DNA of 64,000 nucleotides from a virus: IMG/VR virus record IMGVR_UViG_3300020204_000007, positions 96,001 to 160,000 of that record; one strand, 5' to 3'. Shown piece by piece: positions 33,588 to 43,188 of this stretch (position 1 is its first letter; each line of letters starts with the position of its first letter). The notes under the pieces were generated by a model. It saw only the letters and a program-made list of their open reading frames with translations, ran no database searches and was not told where the DNA came from. The position numbers and the translations under genes were made by a program.

Positions 33588-36014
33588 ATGCCATTTGTTA
33601 GTGAAGCTCAACGTAGATTGATGTATGCCGCCTCAAAAACAAAAGGCGGTGTTGCGGGTGTTAGCCAAAAGGCTGCTAAAAAACTTGTTGCTAAAGATGA
33701 ACCAAGCAAATTACCAGAAAAAGTTCAAAAAACAGATGGCATGATATCTCCAGATTCCAGCGCAAACACCAGACCCACACCGTCTGCTGGAATGGCAAGC
33801 GGCTCTGCCGGTTCTCAAGAAACTTCAGTCGCGACTGCAATGACAAAAGCTGAAGACAACACTCTTTCCCTACTAGAAGCAAAAAAATCTATTCATGGAA
33901 GCAAAAACACCCCAGATCGAACCATAGAAATTGTGGACACTATTTCAAAGGCGTACAATATGAACAATTATGCACGCGGTGATGGGTTATCCCCAGAAGA
34001 AGAAAAGAAGGTACAAGGCGCATTAGATTTTCGTAATCAAATGAAGCAATTTAGGCGAGATCATGGCTCAACAATTATGGATATTGCGGGTGGTCGCAAG
34101 ATTGATAAACAACGTGCAGATGCATATCATGCTGCTCGCGGTAATTTGATGATAGGTCAAGGTGTTAGCTTTGCTGATATTCCACCTAAGATTCCTAGTC
34201 ATCTAATTGATAGATCGCCAAAGCAACCAGAAATTCCAGTTTTACCAGCGGCTAAGTCAATGGAAGCATTAACTAATCCAAAATCATTGCTTGCAAAAGT
34301 TGACGACTGCACAAAATGTATGCGAAAAAGTTCTGAAGAAGAACTAGAAAAATCATCTAAACCATTTCATGGATATAACAAAAAGAAACATGCCCGTTCT
34401 GGCGGATTAAATGATAGTTATCGTAAAAAGGTTAATCGTGAAACTGGGTCAAATCTAAAACGCCCAGTAACTAAAAAGAATGTTAAGCCAGGATCTAAAG
34501 CTGCCAAACGTCGTAAATCTTTTTGTGCTCGTATGAGCGGCGTCAAAGGACCGACTTCTAAAAAGGGGAAGCTAACGCCAAAAGGTGCAGCTCTGAAAAG
34601 ATGGCGTTGCAGTAAATCATTAAACAAAAGCGAATCCGTGCCGCTAGAAGTTAGAGCAGATAAAGTATTAAAAAGTTTGAAATCTAAACTTCTTGCAGGT
34701 GCGGCAGCAATTGGCGGTTTAGCTTCTGGCGCGGCTATGGCTTCTCCAGAATCAGATTTGCATTCACAACTTTCTAATTTGAATGTTATGGGTGAATATC
34801 ACACTCCAAAAAGTGGTTCACAAGCAGTTCTTAAAGAACCTAATCAATTAAAAGCAGATCCAACCCATCCTGCCGCATCGTATTCAAGAGAATCTGGCAG
34901 TGGTTCTTCTATGGGAAGCTTTCATGGCCCAGACGCAGAAAAAGCAAAACAACTGCTTCAAAATTACGATGCTGTGAATAAGTGTTTTACAAAGAGCACA
35001 GGATATGCAAGAAAAATAACTCCACAAGAAAAAAAAGAACGAGATCTTAAGCAAAAGATTAAAACTAGTGAATATAAACCAGCAGAAAAAATTGCTGATA
35101 ATCTTTCTGCAGAAATATGGAAAAAACAACTTACTGGCTATCTTTCGCAGTACCACGAATCCGATAAAACATCTAATAAAAAATTAAAAAAAGCTGGTCT
35201 TGCGGATGAATTAAAAAAAGCGCGAGAAGTTCTTTCTAAACTTGATAAAAGCAATTCTATCAAACCGTTTGGTCAAAATATTTATGATGCCAATGCAAAT
35301 CTTGGCAGAAAAATGGGTCGTACAGGAGAAGTTGTAGAAGGCGCAGGCAAAAACGTCGCTGTTCAACAAACTAGAATATCGGCAAAAAAACAAGCTGAAA
35401 TTGAAGCCGAAAAAGACAAAAAGAAAAACAGAGAACAGCCAGCTGTTTTGTTTTCTCTTGAAGATATTCCACCAGAACACCGTAAAGCTGTTTTTGATGC
35501 TTATGAAAATAAAGAATATCATCCATTGATGCATCTTGCAGTAAAAATTAAACCAAACAGCAGAAAAAAGGCAGTAGTTCCAGAAGAACTTCTTCCTCCT
35601 AAAGAGAAAAAATCAGGTAAAAAAACTGATAAACCGCCAGTAATTTTGACCGAAGAAGATTTGAAATCGTCTTATGGTGCAAAAAATGATTTGTCAAAAG
35701 CTCACGAAGTGCTTTCAAAATTAGAAAAAAGATGCTGGAAAGGCTATAAGCCAGTACCTGGAAAAGAACCGTATTCAAAAGGTTCTTGTGCGCCAATAAA
35801 AAAGGCTATTTCAGCCCAAGACATAGAAAGCGGAGAATACGAAGGGGAAAAATTAGATGGCCATCATCATAATCGAATTGGAAATGAGTACCGCGAGCTT
35901 GCTCGCAGGGCATTCAAACAAAATGATGTAAAATCTGCAAAAACATATAATTCTAAAGCAGAATATCATTTTGATTTGGCAGATAAAAAAGGATACAAGC
36001 CGCCAAATGACTAA
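33588..36014 (+). CDS. large Lys-rich modular protein with DUF6321-like segment, putative head-internal protein
   Basis: MPFVSEAQRR; GGLN...ETGSNLKRPV...RRKSFCARMSG; CWKGYKPVPGK; many LxK(S/A) motifs. Confidence 0.7.
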   Translation: MPFVSEAQRRLMYAASKTKGGVAGVSQKAAKKLVAKDEPSKLPEKVQKTDGMISPDSSANTRPTPSAGMASGSAGSQETSVATAMTKAEDNTLSLLEAKKSIHGSKNTPDRTIEIVDTISKAYNMNNYARGDGLSPEEEKKVQGALDFRNQMKQFRRDHGSTIMDIAGGRKIDKQRADAYHAARGNLMIGQGVSFADIPPKIPSHLIDRSPKQPEIPVLPAAKSMEALTNPKSLLAKVDDCTKCMRKSSEEELEKSSKPFHGYNKKKHARSGGLNDSYRKKVNRETGSNLKRPVTKKNVKPGSKAAKRRKSFCARMSGVKGPTSKKGKLTPKGAALKRWRCSKSLNKSESVPLEVRADKVLKSLKSKLLAGAAAIGGLASGAAMASPESDLHSQLSNLNVMGEYHTPKSGSQAVLKEPNQLKADPTHPAASYSRESGSGSSMGSFHGPDAEKAKQLLQNYDAVNKCFTKSTGYARKITPQEKKERDLKQKIKTSEYKPAEKIADNLSAEIWKKQLTGYLSQYHESDKTSNKKLKKAGLADELKKAREVLSKLDKSNSIKPFGQNIYDANANLGRKMGRTGEVVEGAGKNVAVQQTRISAKKQAEIEAEKDKKKNREQPAVLFSLEDIPPEHRKAVFDAYENKEYHPLMHLAVKIKPNSRKKAVVPEELLPPKEKKSGKKTDKPPVILTEEDLKSSYGAKNDLSKAHEVLSKLEKRCWKGYKPVPGKEPYSKGSCAPIKKAISAQDIESGEYEGEKLDGHHHNRIGNEYRELARRAFKQNDVKSAKTYNSKAEYHFDLADKKGYKPPND

Positions 36015-36387
36015 GTTGTCTAAATCTATTAAAGATTTATTCAAAACATTAAAAAAATCTTCGCCAGAAGATATTGGGGAAACGGTTGAGTTTCCCCGCG
36101 CTAAAGATTTATTCGATGAAGCGCGAAAATTGAAGCCAATCGGCGTTGGCGATTCAGACGAAGATTTTGAAAAAATGGATAAAATAACCGCTCAAGTAAA
36201 TGCCATTCGAGACCACGAAAAAAAACATGAATGGCGACAAGGAGAAGCAGAATACAACGGAAAACCTGTTAAAATCAAACAAACTTTAGTTGGAAGAACT
36301 GGCCGTTTAATGGCATTGATTGAAGATGAAGATGGAGCACATCATTACCCCTGTGCCTATAATCTTAAGAATGTCAAATTTTATTGA
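36007..36387 (+). CDS. hypothetical protein (LSKS/LKKS N-terminus)
   Basis: Overlaps upstream stop. Confidence 0.6.
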   Translation: MTKLSKSIKDLFKTLKKSSPEDIGETVEFPRAKDLFDEARKLKPIGVGDSDEDFEKMDKITAQVNAIRDHEKKHEWRQGEAEYNGKPVKIKQTLVGRTGRLMALIEDEDGAHHYPCAYNLKNVKFY

Positions 36388-36605
36388 CACTGTTCTCCAG
36401 TAATAGGGTTCACAAACTGTTGAACTCCGCACGAAGTAGTTTCTCTAACTACCATCAAATCTACAAAACTAATTTGTTTACATTCAAGGGTAGTCGTGTG
36501 GCATGAATAAATTTTTTCTGTTCTTGTGTCGCGAGCAATCAAAAAAAATCCACAAGTCTGTTTAATTACAAAACAACCAACCAAAAATGGCAAAAATTTA
36601 TTCAC
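36381..36605 (-). CDS. hypothetical protein
   Basis: End of minus-strand operon. Confidence 0.5.
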   Translation of the reverse strand: MNKFLPFLVGCFVIKQTCGFFLIARDTRTEKIYSCHTTTLECKQISFVDLMVVRETTSCGVQQFVNPITGEQCQ

Positions 36606-36900
36606 CCTTCCCCCCTGTGAAACTATTAAAGTTTCTTGCTGCGTAATCGTTCAAATCGTAATTCATCATTTGCACAAGGCGTTTACCTTCTTGTCGTTTG
36701 TCATATCCGTGCAAAAACTTTTCATAAAGCGGAAGCAGATAAAATAAAACTTCTTGTGGGACATTGCCGCGAAATTCACAGTTTTCAAAACTAACTGAAT
36801 TGCATTCAGTAATGCGATTTATTTTATGAGTTTTGAAAACACGCATGGTATCAAAACAAACTGTATATTCAATGTTTTTTGTGGAATAAACATGAATCAT
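36598..36900 (-). CDS. hypothetical protein
   Basis: GGAGG RBS before MIHVYS. Confidence 0.55.
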   Translation of the reverse strand: MIHVYSTKNIEYTVCFDTMRVFKTHKINRITECNSVSFENCEFRGNVPQEVLFYLLPLYEKFLHGYDKRQEGKRLVQMMNYDLNDYAARNFNSFTGGKGE

Positions 36901-36949
36901 ATCGACCTCCGATTGCCTACATTTACATATCGGAGTTTTGCAATCTAAC

Positions 36950-37411
36950 TTAACGTCCCGAACTACCAAATCCGCCTTGACCGCGATCATCCTTTGGTTT
37001 AATAAGGCTTTCATCTACTTGGTGCAAATAAAATTTAGAACTGAACGGATTAGGAATGAGTTGTGCTACTCTGTCCAAATGATTAATTTCTATTGGTTCA
37101 TTTGAGTTATTTACAATAACAACAGAAAGCACGCCTGTATAATTATTATCAATGGTGCGACAACAAACATCTAGTCCTTGCACGCCCATGCTAGAACGAA
37201 CATCCCAAATCCAAACAGTTTCGTCTGGGAAAATACATCTAGTGCCAGTAGAAAGTTTAAGAACTTGTTTTGGAGAAATTTGTATTGGCGTTTCTGCACC
37301 AAACGTATCAACTAAATCTACATGAAAATCAAAACCGCCGTCTTGAGCGCGTTTTTTGAATGGCATTTTAGATGTTGATTTTACATAAATATAAACGCAA
37401 TCACTGTTCAC
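36950..37411 (-). CDS. dut: trimeric dUTPase
   Basis: GGFDF, RSSMG, TIDNNYTG, DRVAQLI, RGQGGFGSSG. Confidence 0.92.
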   Translation of the reverse strand: MNSDCVYIYVKSTSKMPFKKRAQDGGFDFHVDLVDTFGAETPIQISPKQVLKLSTGTRCIFPDETVWIWDVRSSMGVQGLDVCCRTIDNNYTGVLSVVIVNNSNEPIEINHLDRVAQLIPNPFSSKFYLHQVDESLIKPKDDRGQGGFGSSGR

Positions 37412-38000
37412 AAACCCACTCCCAAATCTGCTTTGCTACTTCTTCTGGTACATCATTATTGCTATTAGTGACCAATATATGTTTGATATTAAATCGTTCA
37501 TTAAATGCAAAAAAATCACGGCGACCATCTTCCCAGACTTTAAGTCGGTATGGCTCATTTATATCTTGAAAATCAAATGATTTTCGACGTCTAATCCTCT
37601 CCGTCAGATCTTGGAATGGTGCATCTAAATACACGGCAAGATCTGTGCGCGGAACAATAGAAGCTTGGTACCCCTCTGGGAGACCATGCACAAGATTATA
37701 AGTTAAAAATGAAGAATTACCGCGATAATAGATCACGTAATCAGGATTACTATTTTGTTTTTGCCATTCGTATTCATTTAGTTTGTAAAGATGCCATGCG
37801 GCATTAAATCGTTCTGCATTAGAAATTTCCGAAGAACCTAATGTGCGACGTAATTCTACAGAATAATCATTATTTGGAATGATTTTAGTTGTATAAATTA
37901 CATCAACTTTTAGGTTACGCTGTTTTGTCTGCTCAACCATAAGATCGAGTATTGTGTCTTTACCAGAACCATCAGGGCCGAGCAGACAAATTGTTTTCAA
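37401..38000 (-). CDS. thymidylate kinase-like dNMP kinase
   Basis: GPDGSGKDT P-loop, YRGNSS, PRTDLAVYLD, ERIRRR lid. Confidence 0.8.
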   Translation of the reverse strand: MKTICLLGPDGSGKDTILDLMVEQTKQRNLKVDVIYTTKIIPNNDYSVELRRTLGSSEISNAERFNAAWHLYKLNEYEWQKQNSNPDYVIYYRGNSSFLTYNLVHGLPEGYQASIVPRTDLAVYLDAPFQDLTERIRRRKSFDFQDINEPYRLKVWEDGRRDFFAFNERFNIKHILVTNSNNDVPEEVAKQIWEWVCEQ

Positions 38001-38779
38001 AACGCCACCTTTTGATGTTGTGTAACATAGTTCTCGAACATTTTAGGCCATTCTGTTTTTAGCCATTCTTTATGTACTTGACGAATAGTTTCTGAATTTG
38101 AAATTGTTAAATTGCCGTTGTCATACAATGCACAATTATCTTCAATACTACGCCAACCAATAATCATGCGAACAAGTCCATCTTCTCGAGCTGTTCCATC
38201 GCTCTCCAGTTTATCTACACTATGGTGGCATCTAAAGTTATCGAATATAAGCAGATCGCCCGCTTTGGCTGTGATTACAGTTGATTCGTCGTCTAAATGT
38301 ACGCGAGTTCCGCCATTTACTGTGTTATTCAGTACTGTAAGAACTGCAACTTTATTAGGTCTTATTGCGCGTTTAATGTTTAGATCTTCACCCTCTACAC
38401 TAAACTCTAAAAACTCGCCGTCAAAATGTTTTGCAACAGGTTTACTGTCACCTTTATACATCTGAATGTTAAAAAGCACTCTACTTGTTTTAGGTAAATC
38501 AAGCATTTCATAAAGTTTTAGCGTCAAAATAGAAATTGGCCTGCTAACGTCTGCGACTTGATCTAAGCTAAGAGCAGGCAGACCCGATTGATTTTCTGGA
38601 CAAAAAATAAAAGCGTAACTGGCTCTATTGTCGGAAATATCTGCAAAATAAGCTGCATGGTTTTGAAGGTTAAGAACATTATAGAATCGTCCAATAAGTC
38701 GCTTGGTGTCTTTAATAATTCGCTCACGTCCAAGTGCATCGTCATAATAATCCTCGTATAATCTAAAGAATTCACTCAT
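37997..38779 (-). CDS. 2OG-Fe(II) oxygenase superfamily protein
   Basis: FNIQMY, KHFDG (HxD), GGT, AGDLLIFDN..CHHSV, distal R. Confidence 0.8.
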   Translation of the reverse strand: MSEFFRLYEDYYDDALGRERIIKDTKRLIGRFYNVLNLQNHAAYFADISDNRASYAFIFCPENQSGLPALSLDQVADVSRPISILTLKLYEMLDLPKTSRVLFNIQMYKGDSKPVAKHFDGEFLEFSVEGEDLNIKRAIRPNKVAVLTVLNNTVNGGTRVHLDDESTVITAKAGDLLIFDNFRCHHSVDKLESDGTAREDGLVRMIIGWRSIEDNCALYDNGNLTISNSETIRQVHKEWLKTEWPKMFENYVTQHQKVAF

Positions 38780-39330
38780 ATAAGACCAACCTTTCTTAGC
38801 ACATAATTTGGAGTTGTCTCTACTACCGTAACAAAATTCTTGCTTCTTGCTTGCAACCACTCCTTCATTTCACGATGCATTTTTAGAACTTCGTCAAAAT
38901 CTTCCCATCTGCCACTACCTTTATATCTTTCGGCATAAACTTCTGGAGTAATATCTAAAAATACATCAACAATTTCACAATTATATTGTTTTTCTAATTG
39001 TCGTTCCCATTCTATAACGCATGGTTCTAGGTGATTAAATAAATCTTTTCCGTAATATGTAGAAAACCATGCACAGAGTTTTGGCGTGCTATCACAAAAC
39101 ACAGCATCATAATTTGCTTTTATGCAATTCACTAACAGTTGCGATTGATTTCCTGCAATCCATAATTGATCAATGGGTGTTGGCCGATATTCTGCTCGTT
39201 GTGCATGGTCTTTAATAAATTCCCAACAATAACCAACGTTCTTTCCAAGATACCCCATCGAAGAATAACAAGCTGTTGCAAGACTACTTTTGCCAGAACC
39301 TGGTGCGCCATAGAATGCAATTATTTTCAT
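38776..39330 (-). CDS. P-loop kinase/ATPase (NadR/AAA_28-like)
   Basis: GAPGSGKSS, WEFIK, VFCDS. Confidence 0.8.
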   Translation of the reverse strand: MKIIAFYGAPGSGKSSLATACYSSMGYLGKNVGYCWEFIKDHAQRAEYRPTPIDQLWIAGNQSQLLVNCIKANYDAVFCDSTPKLCAWFSTYYGKDLFNHLEPCVIEWERQLEKQYNCEIVDVFLDITPEVYAERYKGSGRWEDFDEVLKMHREMKEWLQARSKNFVTVVETTPNYVLRKVGLI

Positions 39331-39426
39331 ACAAAATATGCTCCGGTGGGTATATTAGTATGTAGCAGGGCAAACAACTCAAAGACAAACAAAAACCTTA
39401 ATGATTTAAAAATATATTTTTGGATA

Positions 39427-39453
39427 TAAAGTTAGATTCCAAAGCTCCGATAT
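39427..39453 (+). promoter_or_regulatory. sigma-28-type promoter
   Basis: TAAA-N15-TCCGATAT, then TGTTGG..CCAACA hairpin. Confidence 0.8.
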
Positions 39454-39493
39454 GTAGGTGTTGGCAATAATGCCCAACAATAAGGAGTACAAC

Positions 39494-40600
39494 ATGAGTC
39501 GTTTTGATAATATTTTCCTCGCCCATCACCGCACAAAGTTGCCATTGATTTTGTGGGGTTCTTCCGGCTACGGCAAATCCTCTACAGTTAAAGGTTTTTG
39601 CCAACGTCACAATTACCGCCTTGTTGACAAACGTACTGTGTTTATTGATCCGCTTGAAATTCAATTGCCAGTTAAGAATGAAACCGAACACGTTGTTGAT
39701 TTGTGGCCTGCTCGTTGGCTCCATGAACTTTGCAAAAGCAATGAACCTACCGTCCTGTTTTTGGATGAGCTTAATCGTCCTAACAGTCTCCAAACACTTA
39801 ATATGTTGACTCAGTTGCTGCTTGACCGCGAGTTGAACGGTATCCGACTTCCTGAGAATGTGTTGGTAATTGCTGCGGGTAACCTTGACACTGAAGATAC
39901 TGGTGTACAAGAACTTCCCGATGCAGTCATTAACCGCTTGACTCACTTGGTTTTTGCTCCCGATGAGTTTGAAATTATGGGCAATATGCAAAGTAAACTT
40001 GCACAAGAAGCCCTTAAACTCAATCCTAAAATTGTTGGCAAACCCGGTCTTCCTGAACTTAAACTGAAAAATTGTCCACGCCAAATTGATGCTGCGGTTC
40101 AGTTGTGGGAAACTGAACTACTTAATGAGGAGGAACTCGCTCTTGTATGTCGCGGTCGTTTAGGCAATGAATCCGGCAATATTCTTGCCAGTACGTTGAT
40201 CCAAATTAAACGCAAAGAAGAATTTAAGCTCCCACGCAAAGTTTTGCCTGAACTGTTCGAGAAAATTTCCCAATGCGAGCAGGAAGGTATGATCATTGAA
40301 ATTGTTTCGTTGTTCAAATCCGAGCTACAGTCGCATGAAGGCAAACGTACATTGAAGAAACTTGAGCGGCATATTTCTGATTACTTGCTGCAATATGGTT
40401 CGCCTGAGCTTGCTCGCTCCATGCAAGAAGCTAAGTTTGCTTTCCGCTATGACCAAACTGAGTTTCCGGTGGATAAAGACAACAATCCGTTCAAAGATAT
40501 GCGGCCTGAAAAAGAAGGAGCCGAAGTTAAAGATACTGGTTTGCCGTGGCAGCTCTATGCTTTGAAGCTTGGTAAGCTGTCGCCAAAAGATCGCTCCTAA
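39494..40600 (+). CDS. MoxR-like AAA+ ATPase
   Basis: WGSSGYGKS, LFLDELNR, IAAGN, AVINR, CPR; AAGGAG RBS. Confidence 0.88.
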   Translation: MSRFDNIFLAHHRTKLPLILWGSSGYGKSSTVKGFCQRHNYRLVDKRTVFIDPLEIQLPVKNETEHVVDLWPARWLHELCKSNEPTVLFLDELNRPNSLQTLNMLTQLLLDRELNGIRLPENVLVIAAGNLDTEDTGVQELPDAVINRLTHLVFAPDEFEIMGNMQSKLAQEALKLNPKIVGKPGLPELKLKNCPRQIDAAVQLWETELLNEEELALVCRGRLGNESGNILASTLIQIKRKEEFKLPRKVLPELFEKISQCEQEGMIIEIVSLFKSELQSHEGKRTLKKLERHISDYLLQYGSPELARSMQEAKFAFRYDQTEFPVDKDNNPFKDMRPEKEGAEVKDTGLPWQLYALKLGKLSPKDRS

Positions 40601-40630
40601 TAAGAGCGGTGTGTGTTGTACCCCTTCTCT

Positions 40631-40661
40631 GCCCTGTCCGTGTTACACGGGCAGGGCTTTT
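40631..40661 (+). terminator. intrinsic terminator
   Basis: GCCCTGTCCGTG-TTA-CACGGGCAGGGC-TTTT. Confidence 0.85.
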
Positions 40662-40675
40662 GATTCGAGGTTTTT

Positions 40676-41377
40676 ATGAAAATGTTTCCTGTTTTATTGA
40701 CCACTGTTTTAGTCGCTTCTAATGTTGCATTTTTTCATTTGTTTCAGTTTGAAAAAGAAAAAACTTTTTCTCTTCAACAACAAGTACAAACAAGCGAAGA
40801 AAACAATGCGCGGATATTAAAAGAACAAAAAGAAAAAACACAATTTATTGAATTTGTGAGTACTGCTATTGCTCTTGCTGCTCCTAAGTCATCCGAATCC
40901 AAAAATGCTTATCTAGGTTCGCAAATTGTTAGAGTTGGTTTAGACTCGTTTAGCGATAAAGAAGAACGTGAAACATGGGTTGCAATTTTAGCCAACGAAA
41001 GTCGATTCAACCCAAAAGCTAAATCACCTGTGGGTGCTATTGGTATCGGTCAAATTATGCCTAAATCTGCAAAATGGTATGCAGAAAAATGTAACCTGCC
41101 CACTGATTTTACCGATGAAGACCTGTATCTTGTTGAAATAAACCTTACTATCTCGGCCTGCGCATTCAAAGAAATGCTTAAGAATGTAAATAATTCTAAA
41201 ATTCTTGCTCTTATTTCATATAATGCAGGTCAATTTTCCAAAGATCTAAAACGTGTAGAGCAAATGGCAAATATCAATCAAGAAACTGCCAATTATGTCA
41301 CAAAAATCACTCGGTTTTTAGAAAAAGTGCGCGACAATCCTGCTATTAAGTTAGATCCCAAAACTTCCGATAAATAA
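40676..41377 (+). CDS. membrane-anchored lytic transglycosylase (SLT domain)
   Basis: NESRFNP.A.SPVGAIGIGQIMP, SYNAG, ETANYV; N-terminal TM. Confidence 0.9.
   Translation: MKMFPVLLTTVLVASNVAFFHLFQFEKEKTFSLQQQVQTSEENNARILKEQKEKTQFIEFVSTAIALAAPKSSESKNAYLGSQIVRVGLDSFSDKEERETWVAILANESRFNPKAKSPVGAIGIGQIMPKSAKWYAEKCNLPTDFTDEDLYLVEINLTISACAFKEMLKNVNNSKILALISYNAGQFSKDLKRVEQMANINQETANYVTKITRFLEKVRDNPAIKLDPKTSDK
41346..41373 (+). promoter_or_regulatory. sigma-28-type promoter variant (16-bp spacer)
   Basis: TTAA-GTTAGATCCCAAAACT-TCCGATAA upstream of AAGGAGG RBS. Confidence 0.65.
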
Positions 41378-41405
41378 TATGGGACAATAATAAGGAGGAG
41401 AAGTT

Positions 41406-43130
41406 ATGGCCAGTCATGATACAAGCCTTGAAGCTAAAAAAGCAAAGTTTTTGCAGAATGCGTTGCAACGTCAAGTACCGTTGCTTACTGATGCGGAAAT
41501 CTCTGATTATCGCACTCGTATTCTAAACCTACGCGCTGACTTTTGTGCTTGGGCTGCTAGCAGAGAATTTTACTTTACTCTTGCCTTGCTTGGTACAGTT
41601 GAGATTAAAACCGACCCTTCATTCCCCGCTATAGCGGGTATCACTAACGTTGATCGCCTGACGATGTACATTCATCCATTGATGGCAGAACTTGCCAAGA
41701 AAAACAAAAACTGCGTTTATTTCATTCTTATGCATGAGCTTCGCCACATCATTCAATGTGCGGATATGCGGTCAATCGAAAACTTAATTGACCTATCCCC
41801 CATCCGAGAGGTGTACATCAAAAAACGCGACGAAGCCGAAAAGCAAGAGCATAAAGATATTTGGCAAAAACAAATTGATAGCATGGATAATAAAGATAAT
41901 AATAAGTGGAAAAACTTGAAGTATCGTGCATCCAACATCACAATGGATTCTGCGCTCCACGAAGATTTGGTTAAAGCGTTTCCTGACCCTAGTAAAATAA
42001 TTGCTGAAATTAACCAGTTCATGGCTGATCGTTTTGTTCCATATTTGAATGGATTTTCAATTGAAGAAGTCGCTAAAGATAAAGTTGCTGCTAATAAATT
42101 CCAAGAAGAAATACAAAATATTCTTAAGTATTCAGGACCGAAGAAAAAGCTACTAATTAAAGACATTATTCAATCGCACAAAAATCAAGCCGAAGCTCTT
42201 GCCAAATGCAATCGCCTTCAAATTGGCCTTTGCACTGTTGAAAACCTTGAAGACAGTTTCCGCAATATGGATCATTATCAACCAACGCTCCGACGCGAAG
42301 GTGAGTGGCTATACTATGCTGATGAATATATTGAGTGGCTTGCTCAACAACTCGACGAAAACTCTGATCCCAATGACCCACAAACTGAAGAGGGCGATGG
42401 CGAAGGTGGCGGCGATGAAATTGAAAGTATTCTCAAGCAAATGGAAGACAATGAATTCGACCATCACGGAATGAGTGGCGACAAAAAGGAAGAAGCTGAA
42501 CGCCGCCTGCGCGAAGCTGTCCGTAAAGCACAGGAAGAAGGCAAGCTGATGTCGCATAGAGCTGGCAGAAATGCTGCCGATAACTCCATGTTTGGCGATG
42601 CTACTGCTGCCCTTGACAACAAAATCAAACGCGTCCTAGAGCATTTGCACATCAAGTTTGTTCGCTTGTTTGCACCAAGTAATGATAAGAATTACAACTT
42701 TGCAAAGATTAATCGACTGTTCAACGATATTAAAGATTTGCCTGGTCGCCAAAAGATCGACAAACCAAAGAAGCAAGTTATTATGATTGCCGACACTTCC
42801 GGTTCGATGTGGAACAAGCAATGGTTTAATCAAATTGCCGCTGCCGCGAAGTTCTACAGCCGTTCTAATAAATTGGCCGCGTTTTATTGCTGCGATACCG
42901 AGCCACATAAAATTGATTTAAAAGATAGCTTTTCCCAAATCGAGATGGTCGGTGGTGGTGGTACGGAGCTTTCGCCCGAAATCCTATCCAAGATGTTGGC
43001 TGAAAATAACCTAACCAAAAATGTTGATTTTGTTTACCTGACCGATGAATATGTAAACGGCCTTGAGGAGTCGCTCCGCGATGATCGGTGGAAACTCCAC
43101 GTGATTAATATTCCAAAGGTCATGGGATAA
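41406..43130 (+). CDS. metallopeptidase plus vWA-like domain protein (DUF2201-type), MoxR partner
   Basis: HELRH, NITMD, DTSGSM (MIDAS), GGGGT, YLTD. Confidence 0.85.
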   Translation: MASHDTSLEAKKAKFLQNALQRQVPLLTDAEISDYRTRILNLRADFCAWAASREFYFTLALLGTVEIKTDPSFPAIAGITNVDRLTMYIHPLMAELAKKNKNCVYFILMHELRHIIQCADMRSIENLIDLSPIREVYIKKRDEAEKQEHKDIWQKQIDSMDNKDNNKWKNLKYRASNITMDSALHEDLVKAFPDPSKIIAEINQFMADRFVPYLNGFSIEEVAKDKVAANKFQEEIQNILKYSGPKKKLLIKDIIQSHKNQAEALAKCNRLQIGLCTVENLEDSFRNMDHYQPTLRREGEWLYYADEYIEWLAQQLDENSDPNDPQTEEGDGEGGGDEIESILKQMEDNEFDHHGMSGDKKEEAERRLREAVRKAQEEGKLMSHRAGRNAADNSMFGDATAALDNKIKRVLEHLHIKFVRLFAPSNDKNYNFAKINRLFNDIKDLPGRQKIDKPKKQVIMIADTSGSMWNKQWFNQIAAAAKFYSRSNKLAAFYCCDTEPHKIDLKDSFSQIEMVGGGGTELSPEILSKMLAENNLTKNVDFVYLTDEYVNGLEESLRDDRWKLHVINIPKVMG

Positions 43131-43133
43131 CTA

Positions 43134-43162
43134 TTGTCATTGTTTTAATGTTTGAGTATATT
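43134..43162 (+). promoter_or_regulatory. possible sigma-70-type promoter
   Basis: TTGTCA-N17-TATATT upstream of 43189 gene and tRNA. Confidence 0.4.
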
Positions 43163-43188
43163 GTTACTATCTACAAAGAGGTGATAAT

